NCBI GenBank assembly: GCA_001002415.1
Contig: LCMB01000001.1
Coordinates: forward strand, 33,999 to 97,998
DNA length: 64,000 nt
Source: Microgenomates group bacterium GW2011_GWF2_46_18
GTDB lineage: Bacteria; Patescibacteriota; Microgenomatia; UBA1400; UBA12108
Direction: 5' to 3'
Under the pieces are notes generated by a model. That model was not told the DNA's origin, did not search any database, and worked only from the letters and a program-made list of their open reading frames with translations. Position 1 is the stretch's first letter, and every line of letters starts with the position of its first letter. Below are positions 19,562 through 30,900 of the stretch, in pieces. A program made the position numbers and the translations under genes.

Positions 19562-21691
19562 TTATTTGTTTTCTTTGTTAATAATTTTTTCGGCAATGTT
19601 ACCGGGAACGGGTTCGTAGTGGGACATCTCCATATACGAATTAGCTCGACCCTGGGTCATGCTACGGAGAATTGTAACATAGCGAGAGAGTTCTGCCAAG
19701 GGAACTTGACAAAGAATAATTCTGGCATTACCTCTTTGTTCGGTATCCAAAACCTGACCACGTTTGCTAGAAACATCACCAATCACATCGCCCATAAATT
19801 CTTCGGGGGTAGTGATCTCGAGTTTCATGATGGGCTCGAGAAGGATGGGGTTCCCGGCGCGAACGGCAGATTGAAGGGCCATACTGCCGGCGATTTTAAA
19901 GGCAATTTCACTACTATCTACCTCATGGAAGGAGCCATCATAGAGCTCGACTTCTATATCAACTAGCGGATAGCCAGCGACAACGCCATTTTCCATGGCT
20001 TCTTTAATACCCTTTTCGATGGGAGTAATAAATTCTTTGGGGATAGCGCCACCCACAATCTTGTTGACAAATTGATAGCCTTCGCCACGCCCCAAAGGTT
20101 TAATCCTAATTAAACAGTGACCATATTGACCGCGGCCACCGGACTGACGAATGTATTTGCCTTCGGCTTGGGAAGGTATACTAATCGTTTCGCGGTAAGC
20201 TACTTGGGGGTCCCCGACGTTGGCTTCGACTTTGAATTCGCGTTTCATCCGGTCAACCAAGACGTCGAGCTGGAGTTCGCCCATGCCGGCGATTAGGGTT
20301 TGACCAGTTTCTTGATTGGTTTTGATTTTGAAGGTGGGGTCTTCTTCGGCCAAACGAGCTAAGGCAGTCCCCATTTTTTCCTGATCAGCTTTGGTTTTGG
20401 GTTCGATGGCGAGACTAATCACGGGTTCGGCGAAGGAAATACCTTCGAGGATAACGGGGTGCTCTTTGACACAAAGGGTGTCACCGGTACGAGTATCTTT
20501 CATCCCGACGACGCCAATAATTTCTCCGGCTTCGGCAAAAGGAACTTCTTCGCGATTATTAGCATGCATGAGAACCAAACGACCCACACGTTCGGTGACA
20601 TCACGAGTAGCGTTATAAATATAACTACCAGATTCGATTTTGCCGGAATATACTCTTAAATAGGTCAGTTTGCCAATGTGGGGATCGGCTTGAATTTTGA
20701 AAGCTAAGCCAGCAAAAGGGGCTGTCACATCGGGAGGACGAGCAACTTTTTCGTCGGAGTTCGGGACCATACCTTCGGCGGGAGGGACATCGAGGGGAGA
20801 GGGAAGATAATCAACAATCCCATCCAAAAGGGGCTGGACACCTTTGTTACGCAAGCTAGTTCCACAATAAATGGGGACGAGTTTGTAGGCGATGGTGGCT
20901 TTCCGAAGAGCTTGTTTGAGCTCAATTAAAGAGGGAACTTCCCCATTTAAATATTTTTCGAGTAAAAGATCATCAGTCTCACAGATTTGTTCAATAAGGC
21001 GGGCGCGTTCTTTGGCAATAACATCGACTAGATCGGCAGGAATATCCACGATCTCGTATTTGGCGCCAGTTTCGTCGCCAGCCCAGATGATGGCTTGCTC
21101 TTCGAGGAGCATCACCACTCCCTTAAAGGTATTTTCGGCACCAATGGGGTAGGTAACGATGGCGGTTTTGACACCTAATTTATCTTCAACATCGGCCAAG
21201 GTGGCTTTAAAGTCGGCCCCTAATTTGTCCATTTTGTTGACGAAACAAATCCGGGGAACTTTGTATTTGTCGGCTTGGCGCCAGACGGTTTCGGATTGAG
21301 ATTGGACCCCTTCTTCGGCGTCGAGAACGGTGACCCCTCCATCTAAAACCCGGAGTGAGCGCTCAACTTCGGCGGTGAAGTCGACGTGTCCGGGAGTATC
21401 AATCAGGTTGATACGGTATTTGTCAGAGAAAAGACTTTTGGGAAGTTGGGGAGTCCAGAAAGTGGTGGTGGCGGCAGAGACGATGGTAATCCCCCGCTCT
21501 TTCTCTTGCTCCATCCAGTCCATCTGGGTGTTGCCTTCGTCGATATCACCAATTTTGTAGGATTTGCCGGTGTAGAAAAGGATGCGTTCACTAGTCGTGG
21601 TTTTGCCAGCGTCGATATGGGCGATAATGCCAATATTTCTAATCTTGTCCATGGCCAGTTCGCGGTCGGCGGTTTTGACGAGTTGAGACAT
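19562..21691 (-). CDS. fusA: elongation factor G
   Basis: 709 aa. [17 protein letters not shown] and NKMD motifs, with all five EF-G domains apparent. Confidence 0.97.
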   Translation of the reverse strand: MSQLVKTADRELAMDKIRNIGIIAHIDAGKTTTSERILFYTGKSYKIGDIDEGNTQMDWMEQEKERGITIVSAATTTFWTPQLPKSLFSDKYRINLIDTPGHVDFTAEVERSLRVLDGGVTVLDAEEGVQSQSETVWRQADKYKVPRICFVNKMDKLGADFKATLADVEDKLGVKTAIVTYPIGAENTFKGVVMLLEEQAIIWAGDETGAKYEIVDIPADLVDVIAKERARLIEQICETDDLLLEKYLNGEVPSLIELKQALRKATIAYKLVPIYCGTSLRNKGVQPLLDGIVDYLPSPLDVPPAEGMVPNSDEKVARPPDVTAPFAGLAFKIQADPHIGKLTYLRVYSGKIESGSYIYNATRDVTERVGRLVLMHANNREEVPFAEAGEIIGVVGMKDTRTGDTLCVKEHPVILEGISFAEPVISLAIEPKTKADQEKMGTALARLAEEDPTFKIKTNQETGQTLIAGMGELQLDVLVDRMKREFKVEANVGDPQVAYRETISIPSQAEGKYIRQSGGRGQYGHCLIRIKPLGRGEGYQFVNKIVGGAIPKEFITPIEKGIKEAMENGVVAGYPLVDIEVELYDGSFHEVDSSEIAFKIAGSMALQSAVRAGNPILLEPIMKLEITTPEEFMGDVIGDVSSKRGQVLDTEQRGNARIILCQVPLAELSRYVTILRSMTQGRANSYMEMSHYEPVPGNIAEKIINKENK

Positions 21692-21810
21692 AAATTTAGC
21701 TCAAAGTTTAAAAATGAATAAATATTACTCAAACAAATGAGGCAAGGGGTATTGTACTCTATTACCGGGGGTGAGATCAAGAGATCTTGGAAAGGTATAA
21801 TCACGGGGAT

Positions 21811-22899
21811 ATGCAGAAGAATTTTCGCCGGTTGGACGGGATGACACTACCCTACCCCCTATTCTTCCCCGACGCGACGCGGGGCGAGGTGCGACAACTC
21901 AGCTTTGAGGACGTTAAAAAGGTGGGGTTACCGGGAATACTTGTGAACACTTTCCACTTACTGAGACTTGTGGGAACCGAAAAAACTGAACTAGCGGGTG
22001 GGATTCGGTCACACTTGGGTTGGGATAAAGCCATGATCTCAGACTCGGGTGGATTCCAGATTATGTCGATTGCAAAAAAAGGAGGAGATAATAGTACTGT
22101 GACTGATAAGGGCGTGACTTTTACCATTGATGGGGTTAAACATCATTTTTCTCCCGAAGATTCGATTAAATATCAAATGGCGATGCGGACCGATTTGATG
22201 GTAGTTTTGGATGACTTTACTCCACCGGATGCGACCTACGAGGAAGCGTTGATGACCGTGAACCGCACGACGTTGTGGGCCAAGCGGTGTAAAGCGACCT
22301 ACTTGGCAGAGTGTAAACGATTAAACATACCGCGGGACCGTAGACCGTATTTGATTGGTGTCGTGCAAGGAGCCTACTTTGATGACCTGAGGATACAAAG
22401 TATTAGAGAACTAACGGAAATTGGGTTTGATGGATATGGTTATGGCGGGTGGGTGATGCGTGATGGAAAGTTCGACATTGCAACCGCAAAATTGATGGCC
22501 GATAATTTGCCAAAGGATAGTGTTCTGTATGGATTGGGGATCGGGAAGCCAGACGATATTGTGAAGTGTGTAGAACTGGGTTACCAAATATTTGATTGTG
22601 TTCTTCCTACCCGGGACGCTAGACATGGTCGACTTTATGTATATAAAGCGAAAGAGATAGAGAAAATTGATGTCTACCAAGATAGTTTTTATGAGTATTA
22701 CAATCCGAGACAAGCACAACACTTGGAAGAAAATGCGCCGGTATCAACCGCGTGTGATTGTGAGCTGTGTATGACAGTAACTAGAGCCGAACTAGCGAAA
22801 AGATGGAGAGAGCGGGATGAGCGGGTGCTTAGGCTAGCGACTATTCACAATTTGCGTTTCTACGCGATTTTGATGGAGAAACTGGGTAGCGGGAATTGA
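21811..22899 (+). CDS. tgt: tRNA-guanine transglycosylase family protein (short N-terminus)
   Basis: The track ORF starts at a TTG at 21787; I prefer the ATG at 21811. DSGGFQ, LDDF, GVVQGAYFDDLR, IFDCVLPTRDARHG and a CDCELC...H zinc site. This is the only plus-strand gene. Confidence 0.85.
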   Translation: MQKNFRRLDGMTLPYPLFFPDATRGEVRQLSFEDVKKVGLPGILVNTFHLLRLVGTEKTELAGGIRSHLGWDKAMISDSGGFQIMSIAKKGGDNSTVTDKGVTFTIDGVKHHFSPEDSIKYQMAMRTDLMVVLDDFTPPDATYEEALMTVNRTTLWAKRCKATYLAECKRLNIPRDRRPYLIGVVQGAYFDDLRIQSIRELTEIGFDGYGYGGWVMRDGKFDIATAKLMADNLPKDSVLYGLGIGKPDDIVKCVELGYQIFDCVLPTRDARHGRLYVYKAKEIEKIDVYQDSFYEYYNPRQAQHLEENAPVSTACDCELCMTVTRAELAKRWRERDERVLRLATIHNLRFYAILMEKLGSGN

Positions 22900-23338
22900 T
22901 GTACTCTGAGTCGAGAAAACTATCAAAGTCAAAAATTTCTATATATGCAGCGGTAAATAAAAGCTCGTCGGGAAGTTCGAATAATTCTTGAGGTTGAGCT
23001 ACCATCGTCGGGTACTTTTGGATAACTGCGCGGATTTGATGCGGATCCTCTGAATTAAAGGCTCTTAAGAGAGCGTGAAGAAAATCATTGACTTGTTCAT
23101 TACTGAATTTTCTAGAATTATCTCCGTCGTCAATGGCGGTGAGAGCTAAATTTACTGTGTGTGGATTTGACCAATTGACAACTTTCCCTTCATATACATC
23201 AAGTCGTTGGAGCCAAAAAAAAGATTCTGGCGGAAGTTCGCCGATAGCAATACGGTGAGCTAAACTACTTTTTGATTCACCATAGGCTTGGCCAATAACG
23301 CTGGGAAAAATCTTAATTTCAGAGGTAAGCTGTGACAT
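22841..23338 (-). CDS. hypothetical protein (orphan)
   Basis: 165-aa ORF between rpsG and fusA with an acidic C-terminal part (ELFELPDELLF...FDFDSFLDSEY). I recognise no motif. Its last 59 nt overlap the tgt 3' end convergently. Confidence 0.45.
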   Translation of the reverse strand: MSQLTSEIKIFPSVIGQAYGESKSSLAHRIAIGELPPESFFWLQRLDVYEGKVVNWSNPHTVNLALTAIDDGDNSRKFSNEQVNDFLHALLRAFNSEDPHQIRAVIQKYPTMVAQPQELFELPDELLFTAAYIEIFDFDSFLDSEYINSRYPVSPSKSRRNANCE

Positions 23339-23362
23339 GACACGTTACCGAAATAACTAGTT

Positions 23363-23839
23363 TTACCAGCGGAAGTGAGCGAAGGCTTTGTTGGCGTCAG
23401 CCATCCTATGGACATCATCGCGTTTTTTGATGGCGGCACCCGTATTGTTGTAGGCATCCATGATTTCGGCGGCGAGTTTTTCACCGAATGTGTGGTATTC
23501 GGAGTTACTGCGTTGGTTGGCATATTCGAGAAGCCAGCGAATAGAAATGGAGAATTGGCGGGTGGGAGTTACAGGGACAGGAACCTGATAAGAAGCACCA
23601 CCAACCCGGCGGGAGCGAACTTCGGTTTTGGGTTTGATGTTATTAAGAGCGGCTAACAAAATATCCAGAGGTTTTTCTTTGGTTTTTTGAGCTAAGAGTT
23701 CCAACGCTGCGTAGATTTCATGACGAGCGGCGGCTTTTTTGCCGTTTTTCATACTGCGGTTGATCAATTTTGTGACCTCGAGAGAATTGTAGCGAGAATC
23801 GGGAGATAGAGCTTTACGTTTGGCGGGTTTGGCACGCAT
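23363..23839 (-). CDS. rpsG: 30S ribosomal protein S7
   Basis: 158 aa. VTKLINRSMKNGKKAAA and the AFAHFRW C-terminus. Confidence 0.95.
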   Translation of the reverse strand: MRAKPAKRKALSPDSRYNSLEVTKLINRSMKNGKKAAARHEIYAALELLAQKTKEKPLDILLAALNNIKPKTEVRSRRVGGASYQVPVPVTPTRQFSISIRWLLEYANQRSNSEYHTFGEKLAAEIMDAYNNTGAAIKKRDDVHRMADANKAFAHFRW

Positions 23840-23862
23840 ATAATTTTAATTTAGGTAATAAT

Positions 23863-24276
23863 TTATTTCTTGGGGCGTTTGGTCCCGTATTTACTGCGAC
23901 TGGTCATACGTTTGTCGACTCCGGCGGTATCAAATTTGCCACGGACGATGTGATATTTGACACCCGGTAAATCTTTGACCCGACCGCCGCGAACCAAGAC
24001 AACAGAGTGTTCGGCCAGGTTGTGACCTTCACCCATAATGTAGGCAGTCACTTCTTGTTTGTTACTAAGCCGGACACGTGCGACTTTACGCAGAGCGGAG
24101 TTAGGTTTTTTGGGGGTCATGGTTTTGACGATGGTACAAACTCCCCGTTTTTGAGGAGAAGGATACTCGACCATTTTGCGGGTTTTGGCGTTGTAACCAC
24201 GACGCAAGGCACTCCCCTTTTTCTTTTTGAGTTTAAACTTGCGGCCGATTCTAACTAGTTGATTGACGGTTGGCAT
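23863..24276 (-). CDS. rpsL: 30S ribosomal protein S12
   Basis: 137 aa. [25 protein letters not shown] and the [13 protein letters not shown] motif. Confidence 0.97.
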   Translation of the reverse strand: MPTVNQLVRIGRKFKLKKKKGSALRRGYNAKTRKMVEYPSPQKRGVCTIVKTMTPKKPNSALRKVARVRLSNKQEVTAYIMGEGHNLAEHSVVLVRGGRVKDLPGVKYHIVRGKFDTAGVDKRMTSRSKYGTKRPKK

Positions 24277-24283
24277 AAGTTCC

Positions 24284-27200
24284 TTATTCTAACACAACAG
24301 CCTGGGGCTCGGTAGGGATAAGCCGGCCAATAATAACGTTTTCCTTGAGGCCAAGGAGTTGATCGACCTTACCTTCCATGGCCGCATCGGAGAGAACATT
24401 GGTGGTTTGTTCGAACGAGGCTGCCGAGAGCCAGGATTGAGTATGAAGAGCGGCGCGAGTGACACCCAACATGACGGCGGTTGCTGTCGCGGGTTCGCCG
24501 CCTTCGGCGACCACCCCATTGTTGATATTTTCGAAAGTATAACGATCGATAATTTCACCGGTGATTAAATTGGTGTCACCTGACTCTTCAATCTTGACTT
24601 TGTTACTCATCTCGCGCAAGACAACTTCGAAGTGTTTGTCGGAAATCGGGATACCCTGAGATTCGTAAACAGCCTGGACTTCTTGGATCAGGTACTCTTG
24701 GCAAGCCAACATGCCACGAACGCGCAGAACTTCTTGGATGTTTTGCGGTCCTTGAGCAAGAGCGTCTCCCGCACTAATTAAGTCTTTGTCTTTGACGGCG
24801 AGAGTTAAGGTAGCGGGAACAAAATGTTCTTCTTTGGTTTCCCCACCTTTTTCCTGAATGGTCACTTTGGTGCCGTCGGCAACAGATTCGAGACTGACTT
24901 TACCAGAAATGGTCGAGAGAGGTGCCATGACTTTGGGGGTTCTAGCTTCGAAAAGCTCTTCGACGCGAGGCAAACCTTGGGTCACGTCCAAACCAACAAT
25001 ACCACCGGCGTGTTTGACCCGCATGGTTAACTGAGTTCCTGGTTCACCAATACTTTGGGCGGCGATAACCCCGACTGGAACACCGAGTTCAACGAGTTTG
25101 CGAGTACCAAAGTCCCAGCCGTAACAAGCGGCACACAAGCCATAACTGGCTTGGCAAGTTAAGGGAGAGCGAATTTCGATACTAGTAACCCCGGCTTCGA
25201 GGAAGCGAGCGGAGAGAGCGTCATCGATAAGTTCACCTTTTTTTGCGAGAGTGGTTTTTTTGCGCGGATCTTTAACAGCTTTGGCCAAAGTCCGACCCAG
25301 AACGCGTTTTTCGAATTGTTTGCCGCGAAGTCCGGTTGCGGGAATAATGAGAGAGTTAGTAGTACCACAATCATCTTCGCGAATGATGGAGGTATGAGAG
25401 ACATCTACCAAGCGACGAGTCAGGTAACCAGCATCGGCAGTTTTGAGAGCTGAGTCAGTTAAGCCTTTACGAGAACCACGACTAGAAGTCACATATTCAA
25501 AGATCGAGAGACCTTCGCGGAAGTTACTTTTGGTCGGCATTTCCACAATTTTGCCCAAAGGATCAACCACCAATCCACGCATGGCAGAGAGCTGCTTGAC
25601 TTGGTCACGAGAGGCCCGAGTACCACCAGAGTCAATGATAATTTTGACGGCGTTACGTTCGTCGAATTTTTCCCAGGTGGCAGTCGCAATCTCTTCGGTG
25701 GTTTCCATCCAGACTTCAAAGGACAAGCGGCGCTTTTCTTCTTCGGTGATTAACCCCTGGTTAAACGTCTCGAGGATTTGGTTAACACGCGAATCGGCCG
25801 CTTTGATCATCTGATCTTTGTTGGCGACCATAATATTATCGGGAACAGAAACTGAGAGACCGGAAGTAGTTAGGTATTGGAAACCAATGGTCTTAATTTG
25901 GTCAACTAGAGCAGCAACGGAAGAATTATCGAAGAGGCGAATAGCTTCTTTGATGAGATCGGTAATTTTTTTCGCGTTAATACTCTCATTGATAAAGCGT
26001 AATTGTTCGGGAATCGCGGCGTTGAAAATTAAGCGGCCGACAGAAGTTTCGATGATTTGGCCGTTAAGACGAATTTTAATGGGTTGGCGAAGATTAATTT
26101 TGCCGGCTTCGCGGGCGGCGTAGGCTTCACTCGAATCAGCAAAAATACTGGGAGCGGTTTTTAAATCAGGGTCAAAACTGGTTAAGTAATAACAACCCAG
26201 CGCCATCTCTTTGTTGGGGACGGTGATCGGACTGCCATTGGCGGGCTTGAGGAGGTTATTTTCGGCCAACATGCGTAACTTGGCTTCTTCGACAGCGGTA
26301 GTACTGAGCGGGACATGGACGGCCATTTGGTCACCATCAAAGTCGGCGTTATAACCAGCACAAACACAAGGATGGAGCTGAATGGCGTTGCCTTCGATGA
26401 GGACCGGATAAAAAGCTTGAATACCTAATTTATGAAGAGTGGGGGCGCGGTTAAGAAGGACGGGATGATTTTTGGTAATGCGCTCGAGAATATCAAAAAC
26501 TAAGGGGTCTTTGCGTTCGATCGCGTGCTTGGCACTTTTGACGTTGGGGGCGGTGCCTTCGGCAATTAATTCACGCAAGACAAAGGGTTTGAACATTTCC
26601 AAAGCCATATCTTTGGGAAGACCACATTCTTTGAGGGAAAGTTCGGGACCAACCACGATGACGGAACGACCGGAGTAGTCGACACGTTTGCCGAGCAAGT
26701 TTTGGCGGAAACGACCTTGTTTGCCGGAGAGCATGTCGGAAAGGGAGCGCAAGGGTTTAACCACGCGGCGGCGAGTAGTTTTGGCTTGAGAAGCATCAAT
26801 TAGGGAATCGACAGCTTCTTGAAGCATGCGTTTTTCGTTGCGCAAGATAATTTCGGGAGCGCCGAGATCGATTAAGTGTTTGAGGCGATTATTACGATTG
26901 ATAACGCGACGATACAAGTCATTTAAATCACTGCTAGCAAAACGGCCGCCAGAGAGCTGGACCATGGGGCGGAGTTCGGGGGGGAGAACGGGGAGAACTT
27001 GGAGAACCATCCAGGAGGGAGAGAGGCCGGCGTTCTTGAGTCCATCGACCACTTTGAGCCGCTTGGCAAGTTTGCCTTTTTTGAGAAGAGTAGTTTCAAC
27101 TTTGAGATCATCTTTGAGATCTTTGCTGAGTTTTTGGAGATCAACCGTACCCAAAAATTCCAAAATGGCCTCGGCACCCATCCCAACTTTGAGGTGAACG

Positions 27201-27925
27201 GTAGCTTCGTATTCTTCGAGTTTGAGGAATTCGTCTTCGGAAATAACGGTGCCGGGAGTAATGCGGCGCGCTAAAGCGGTTACAGTTTTGTAAATTTCTT
27301 CGAGAGAATCTTTGTCGGCAACGAGACTGGCACGGAGAGATTCAATAGTCTTTTTGACGGAGAGTTTCTCTCCGTCTGTCGCAGTTTTAGTGAGAGAATT
27401 TTTCAGTTTTTCTAGTTCGGCTTTGATCTTGTCTTCGAGCTCGGAAATGGCAGCGGATTTTTTGGCGGCGAGAGCTTCGACAACCTGAGAACGAGCATCT
27501 TTGTCGACTCCGAGCACCAAATATTTAGAGAAGTAAACAACAGCGGAGAGAGATTTGGGGGCGACATTCATCAAAAGAGAGAGTTTGCTGGGAGCCCCTT
27601 TAAAGTACCAAATATGAGCTACGGGAGCGGCTAAGTTAATGTGACCCATGCGTTCACGACGAACGCGGGATTGGGTGACTTCAACACCACATTTGTCACA
27701 AACGATACCGCGATAACGAATCCGTTTGTATTTGCCACAGTAACATTCATAGTCTTTGGTTGGACCAAAAATACGTTCACAGAAGAGACCATCTTTTTCT
27801 GGTTTAAGGGTGCGATAATTGATGGTTTCGGGTTTGATAACTTCGCCAAAACTCCAGGCACGAATCGTGTCAGGAGAAGCCAGCTGAATTTTTAGTCCTT
27901 TGAAGTCGAGAATGTTTTTGATCAT
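24284..27925 (-). CDS. rpoC: DNA-directed RNA polymerase subunit beta'
   Basis: 1213 aa. Zn-finger [20 protein letters not shown] and catalytic [12 protein letters not shown]. Confidence 0.97.
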   Translation of the reverse strand: MIKNILDFKGLKIQLASPDTIRAWSFGEVIKPETINYRTLKPEKDGLFCERIFGPTKDYECYCGKYKRIRYRGIVCDKCGVEVTQSRVRRERMGHINLAAPVAHIWYFKGAPSKLSLLMNVAPKSLSAVVYFSKYLVLGVDKDARSQVVEALAAKKSAAISELEDKIKAELEKLKNSLTKTATDGEKLSVKKTIESLRASLVADKDSLEEIYKTVTALARRITPGTVISEDEFLKLEEYEATVHLKVGMGAEAILEFLGTVDLQKLSKDLKDDLKVETTLLKKGKLAKRLKVVDGLKNAGLSPSWMVLQVLPVLPPELRPMVQLSGGRFASSDLNDLYRRVINRNNRLKHLIDLGAPEIILRNEKRMLQEAVDSLIDASQAKTTRRRVVKPLRSLSDMLSGKQGRFRQNLLGKRVDYSGRSVIVVGPELSLKECGLPKDMALEMFKPFVLRELIAEGTAPNVKSAKHAIERKDPLVFDILERITKNHPVLLNRAPTLHKLGIQAFYPVLIEGNAIQLHPCVCAGYNADFDGDQMAVHVPLSTTAVEEAKLRMLAENNLLKPANGSPITVPNKEMALGCYYLTSFDPDLKTAPSIFADSSEAYAAREAGKINLRQPIKIRLNGQIIETSVGRLIFNAAIPEQLRFINESINAKKITDLIKEAIRLFDNSSVAALVDQIKTIGFQYLTTSGLSVSVPDNIMVANKDQMIKAADSRVNQILETFNQGLITEEEKRRLSFEVWMETTEEIATATWEKFDERNAVKIIIDSGGTRASRDQVKQLSAMRGLVVDPLGKIVEMPTKSNFREGLSIFEYVTSSRGSRKGLTDSALKTADAGYLTRRLVDVSHTSIIREDDCGTTNSLIIPATGLRGKQFEKRVLGRTLAKAVKDPRKKTTLAKKGELIDDALSARFLEAGVTSIEIRSPLTCQASYGLCAACYGWDFGTRKLVELGVPVGVIAAQSIGEPGTQLTMRVKHAGGIVGLDVTQGLPRVEELFEARTPKVMAPLSTISGKVSLESVADGTKVTIQEKGGETKEEHFVPATLTLAVKDKDLISAGDALAQGPQNIQEVLRVRGMLACQEYLIQEVQAVYESQGIPISDKHFEVVLREMSNKVKIEESGDTNLITGEIIDRYTFENINNGVVAEGGEPATATAVMLGVTRAALHTQSWLSAASFEQTTNVLSDAAMEGKVDQLLGLKENVIIGRLIPTEPQAVVLE

Positions 27926-30900
27926 AATTCAGTCTCCTTTTTGAGTTCTTCGTCCGTTGGTCCCTCAATGTCGTCGAGATTGGTGGTGGGAGTTGGTTCG
28001 GTGGACGAGTCGGCGGGAGCGGCTTCGGCAACACTGGGAGGGGTAGCTTCGTCGTCGACAAGAACTTGTTTGTCTTTTTCGATTTCGTCGATATCTTCTT
28101 CGGGAACAAGCACTTCTTTAGGTTCGACAGGAATAACATCGAGACCTAGTGAATTGAGTTCTTTGAGTAAGACTTTAAACGATTCCGGAACGGTACTTTC
28201 GGGGATTTCCACACCCTTGACGATGGCTTCGAAGGCTTTGGCACGGCCCACAAGATCATCAGATTTGATCGTGAGCATTTCTTGCAAGACATGAGCGGCA
28301 CGGTGAGATTCGAGAGCCCAGACTTCCATTTCTCCGAGTCGTTGACCACCCATTTGAGCTTTACCACCCAAGGGTTGTTGCGTTACCAAAGAGTATGGAC
28401 CAGTTGAGCGAGCGTGGGTCTTGTCTTCGACCATGTGAATAAGTTTGAGAATGTAGCCGGTACCAACGGTCGTATCTTTGTCAAAGGGAAGACCAGTCCG
28501 GCCGTCGTACAGGCGGGTTTTGCCAGAGATAGGAAGGTGGGCTTTTTCCAATTCGGCGGTAATTTTGGCTTCGGCAATGGGTTCAAAAACGGGAAGAGCG
28601 ACTTGATAGCCAAGTTTGCTGGCGGCCCAACCCAAGTGGGCTTCAAGCAATTGGCCAAGGTTCATACGGGCAAGGACGGAGAGAGGAGAGATAATAATGT
28701 CGACGGGAGTTCCATCGGCAAGGTAGGGCATGTCGGAAGTAGGAATGATCCGGGAGATAACACCTTTATTCCCGTGGCGGCCCGCCAATTTGTCACCCAC
28801 GGTGACTTTTCTGATTTGAGCTACTTTAATCTTGACGGTTTGGAGAACGCCGGGATCAAGTTCATCTCCTTCTTCGCGGTTAAGAATGGCAATATCAATG
28901 ACAGTTCCAGATTCGCCATTGGGCATTCTGAGACTGGTATCACGCACTTCACGAGCTTTTTCACCAAAGATGGCACGGAGCAGGCGCTCTTCGGCGGTTA
29001 ATTCCGTCTCGCCTTTGGGGGCAATTTTGCCAACTAAGATGTCGTTACCGGTTACTTCGGCACCAACAACTACAATTCCGTCTTCGCCAAGATTACGCAG
29101 ATCGTGTTCTGACACGTTAGGGATATCACGGGTTAGTTCTTCGGCACCCAGTTTGGTGTCCATGACGGCAGATTCGTATTCATTAATATGGATACTAGTT
29201 AAGACATCTTCTTTGACGAGGCGATCGGAGATAATGATGGCGTCTTCGTAGCCTAAACCCATGAAAGAAGCGTAGGCGATGGTTAAGTTGCGACCGAGAG
29301 CAAGTTCTCCTTGATCAGCGGCGGGGCCATCGATTAAAAGGTCACCGAGTTTGATTTTATCGCCAACTTTCACGACTGGTTTTTGGTTGTAGCAGGTGGA
29401 GCCGGCAGTGCGATGAAATTTAATCAAGGAATAAATTGCTTTACCCTTTTCGAGTTTGATTTGTTCGCTTTCGGCGGAAGTGGATTTTTTGGCTTTGTCG
29501 TAATCGGTTTTACTTAACGTAAGTTCGATTTTGTTGGCGTCAACGTAGGAAACAGTCCCCGCATGACGAGCACGGACGACCCAATTCATACTTTCCGCCA
29601 CAGCTCCCTCCATACCGGTTCCCACAATGGGAGCTTCGGGACGGACCAAGGGGACAGCTTGACACTGCATGTGAGTACCCATCAAAGCACGGTTGGCTTC
29701 GTCATGAGCAATAAAGGGAATAAGTGAGGCTGAGGTCCCGACCACTTGGCGAGGAATGACATCAATATATTGAACTTGGTTGGCTGGAACCTCGATAAAA
29801 TTACCGTGATAACGGGCGGGAACCCAGGACTCAATAATTTCGTCTTTATCGCTTAAGGCGATGCCGGAGTGAGTGATGTAGTAATTTTGTTCGTCATCGG
29901 GAGCTAGGTAGACCATTTTGTTGGTAACAGTCATTTTGGTTTTGCCACCCTTTTTCACGGCCACAACTTCACGGTAGGGAGTTTCCAGAAAACCGTATTC
30001 GTTGACGCGAGAGTAGAGGGAGAGATAGGTAACCAAGCCGATGTTGGGGCCTTCGGGTGAGCGAACTGGACAAATCCGACCGTATTGACTGGCGTTGATA
30101 TCGCGCATACTAAAGCTAGCGCGTTCGCGAGTAACACCACCAGTACCCATGACGGAGAGACGACGAAGATTATCGATTTCGGCTAAGGGATTGGTTTGAT
30201 CAAGAATGGTGGAGAGGCGGTTGCGACGGAAAAACTCACTAATGGTGGCGATCACGGGACGGGCATTAATGAGTTGAACGGGGGTAATAGATTCTTCGGG
30301 TTTAACCAAGGACATTTTTTCTTTGATACTGCGCTCCAGGCGGAGCAGACCGATACGGAAGGCAGTGGCACCTAAGAGTTCTCCGACACGGCGCACTCGG
30401 CGATTGCCCAAGTGATCGATGTCGTCGACAGAGCCAACCCCGTTTTGCAAACCAATCAAATATTTGATCATCGCGATCAAATCGGTCTTTTGGAGGACGT
30501 GGTTATCGGGAATGTTTTTGATGTCAAGATCGAGCTTTTTGTTGAGTTTGTAACGGCCGACACTTTCTAGATCGTAGCGGCGAGCATCAAAGAAACTTTG
30601 GAAGAAAAGATTTTTGGCGTTTTCGAGAACGGCTGGTTCACCAGGTCTAATTTTGTCGTAAAGGTCGAGTAGAGCTTCGGCTTGAGTGTGGCAGGGATCT
30701 TTGGCTAAAGTGGCAAAAATGTATTGATGGTCGGGATTATTGTCGACGTCTTTGAAAAGAGCTTTAATCTCTTCGTCATCGACGATACCGAGGGCACGCA
30801 GGAGTGTAGTGACATAAAATTTGCGATGGCGATCGATTTTGGCAGTTAGGACGTCGTTTTTACCCACGGTCATCTCGAGCCAGCTACCACGCATGGGGCG

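Noticed and set aside
21403-21804. 133-aa minus-strand ORF reaching into the fusA-tgt divergent region
   Set aside because: It is mostly an alternative frame of the fusA 5' end, and the EF-G frame is unambiguous.
28414-29001. 195-aa plus-strand ORF, with neighbours at 28832..29251 and 27941..28294
   Set aside because: Antisense to rpoB, whose frame is unambiguous. No start context or recognisable domains.
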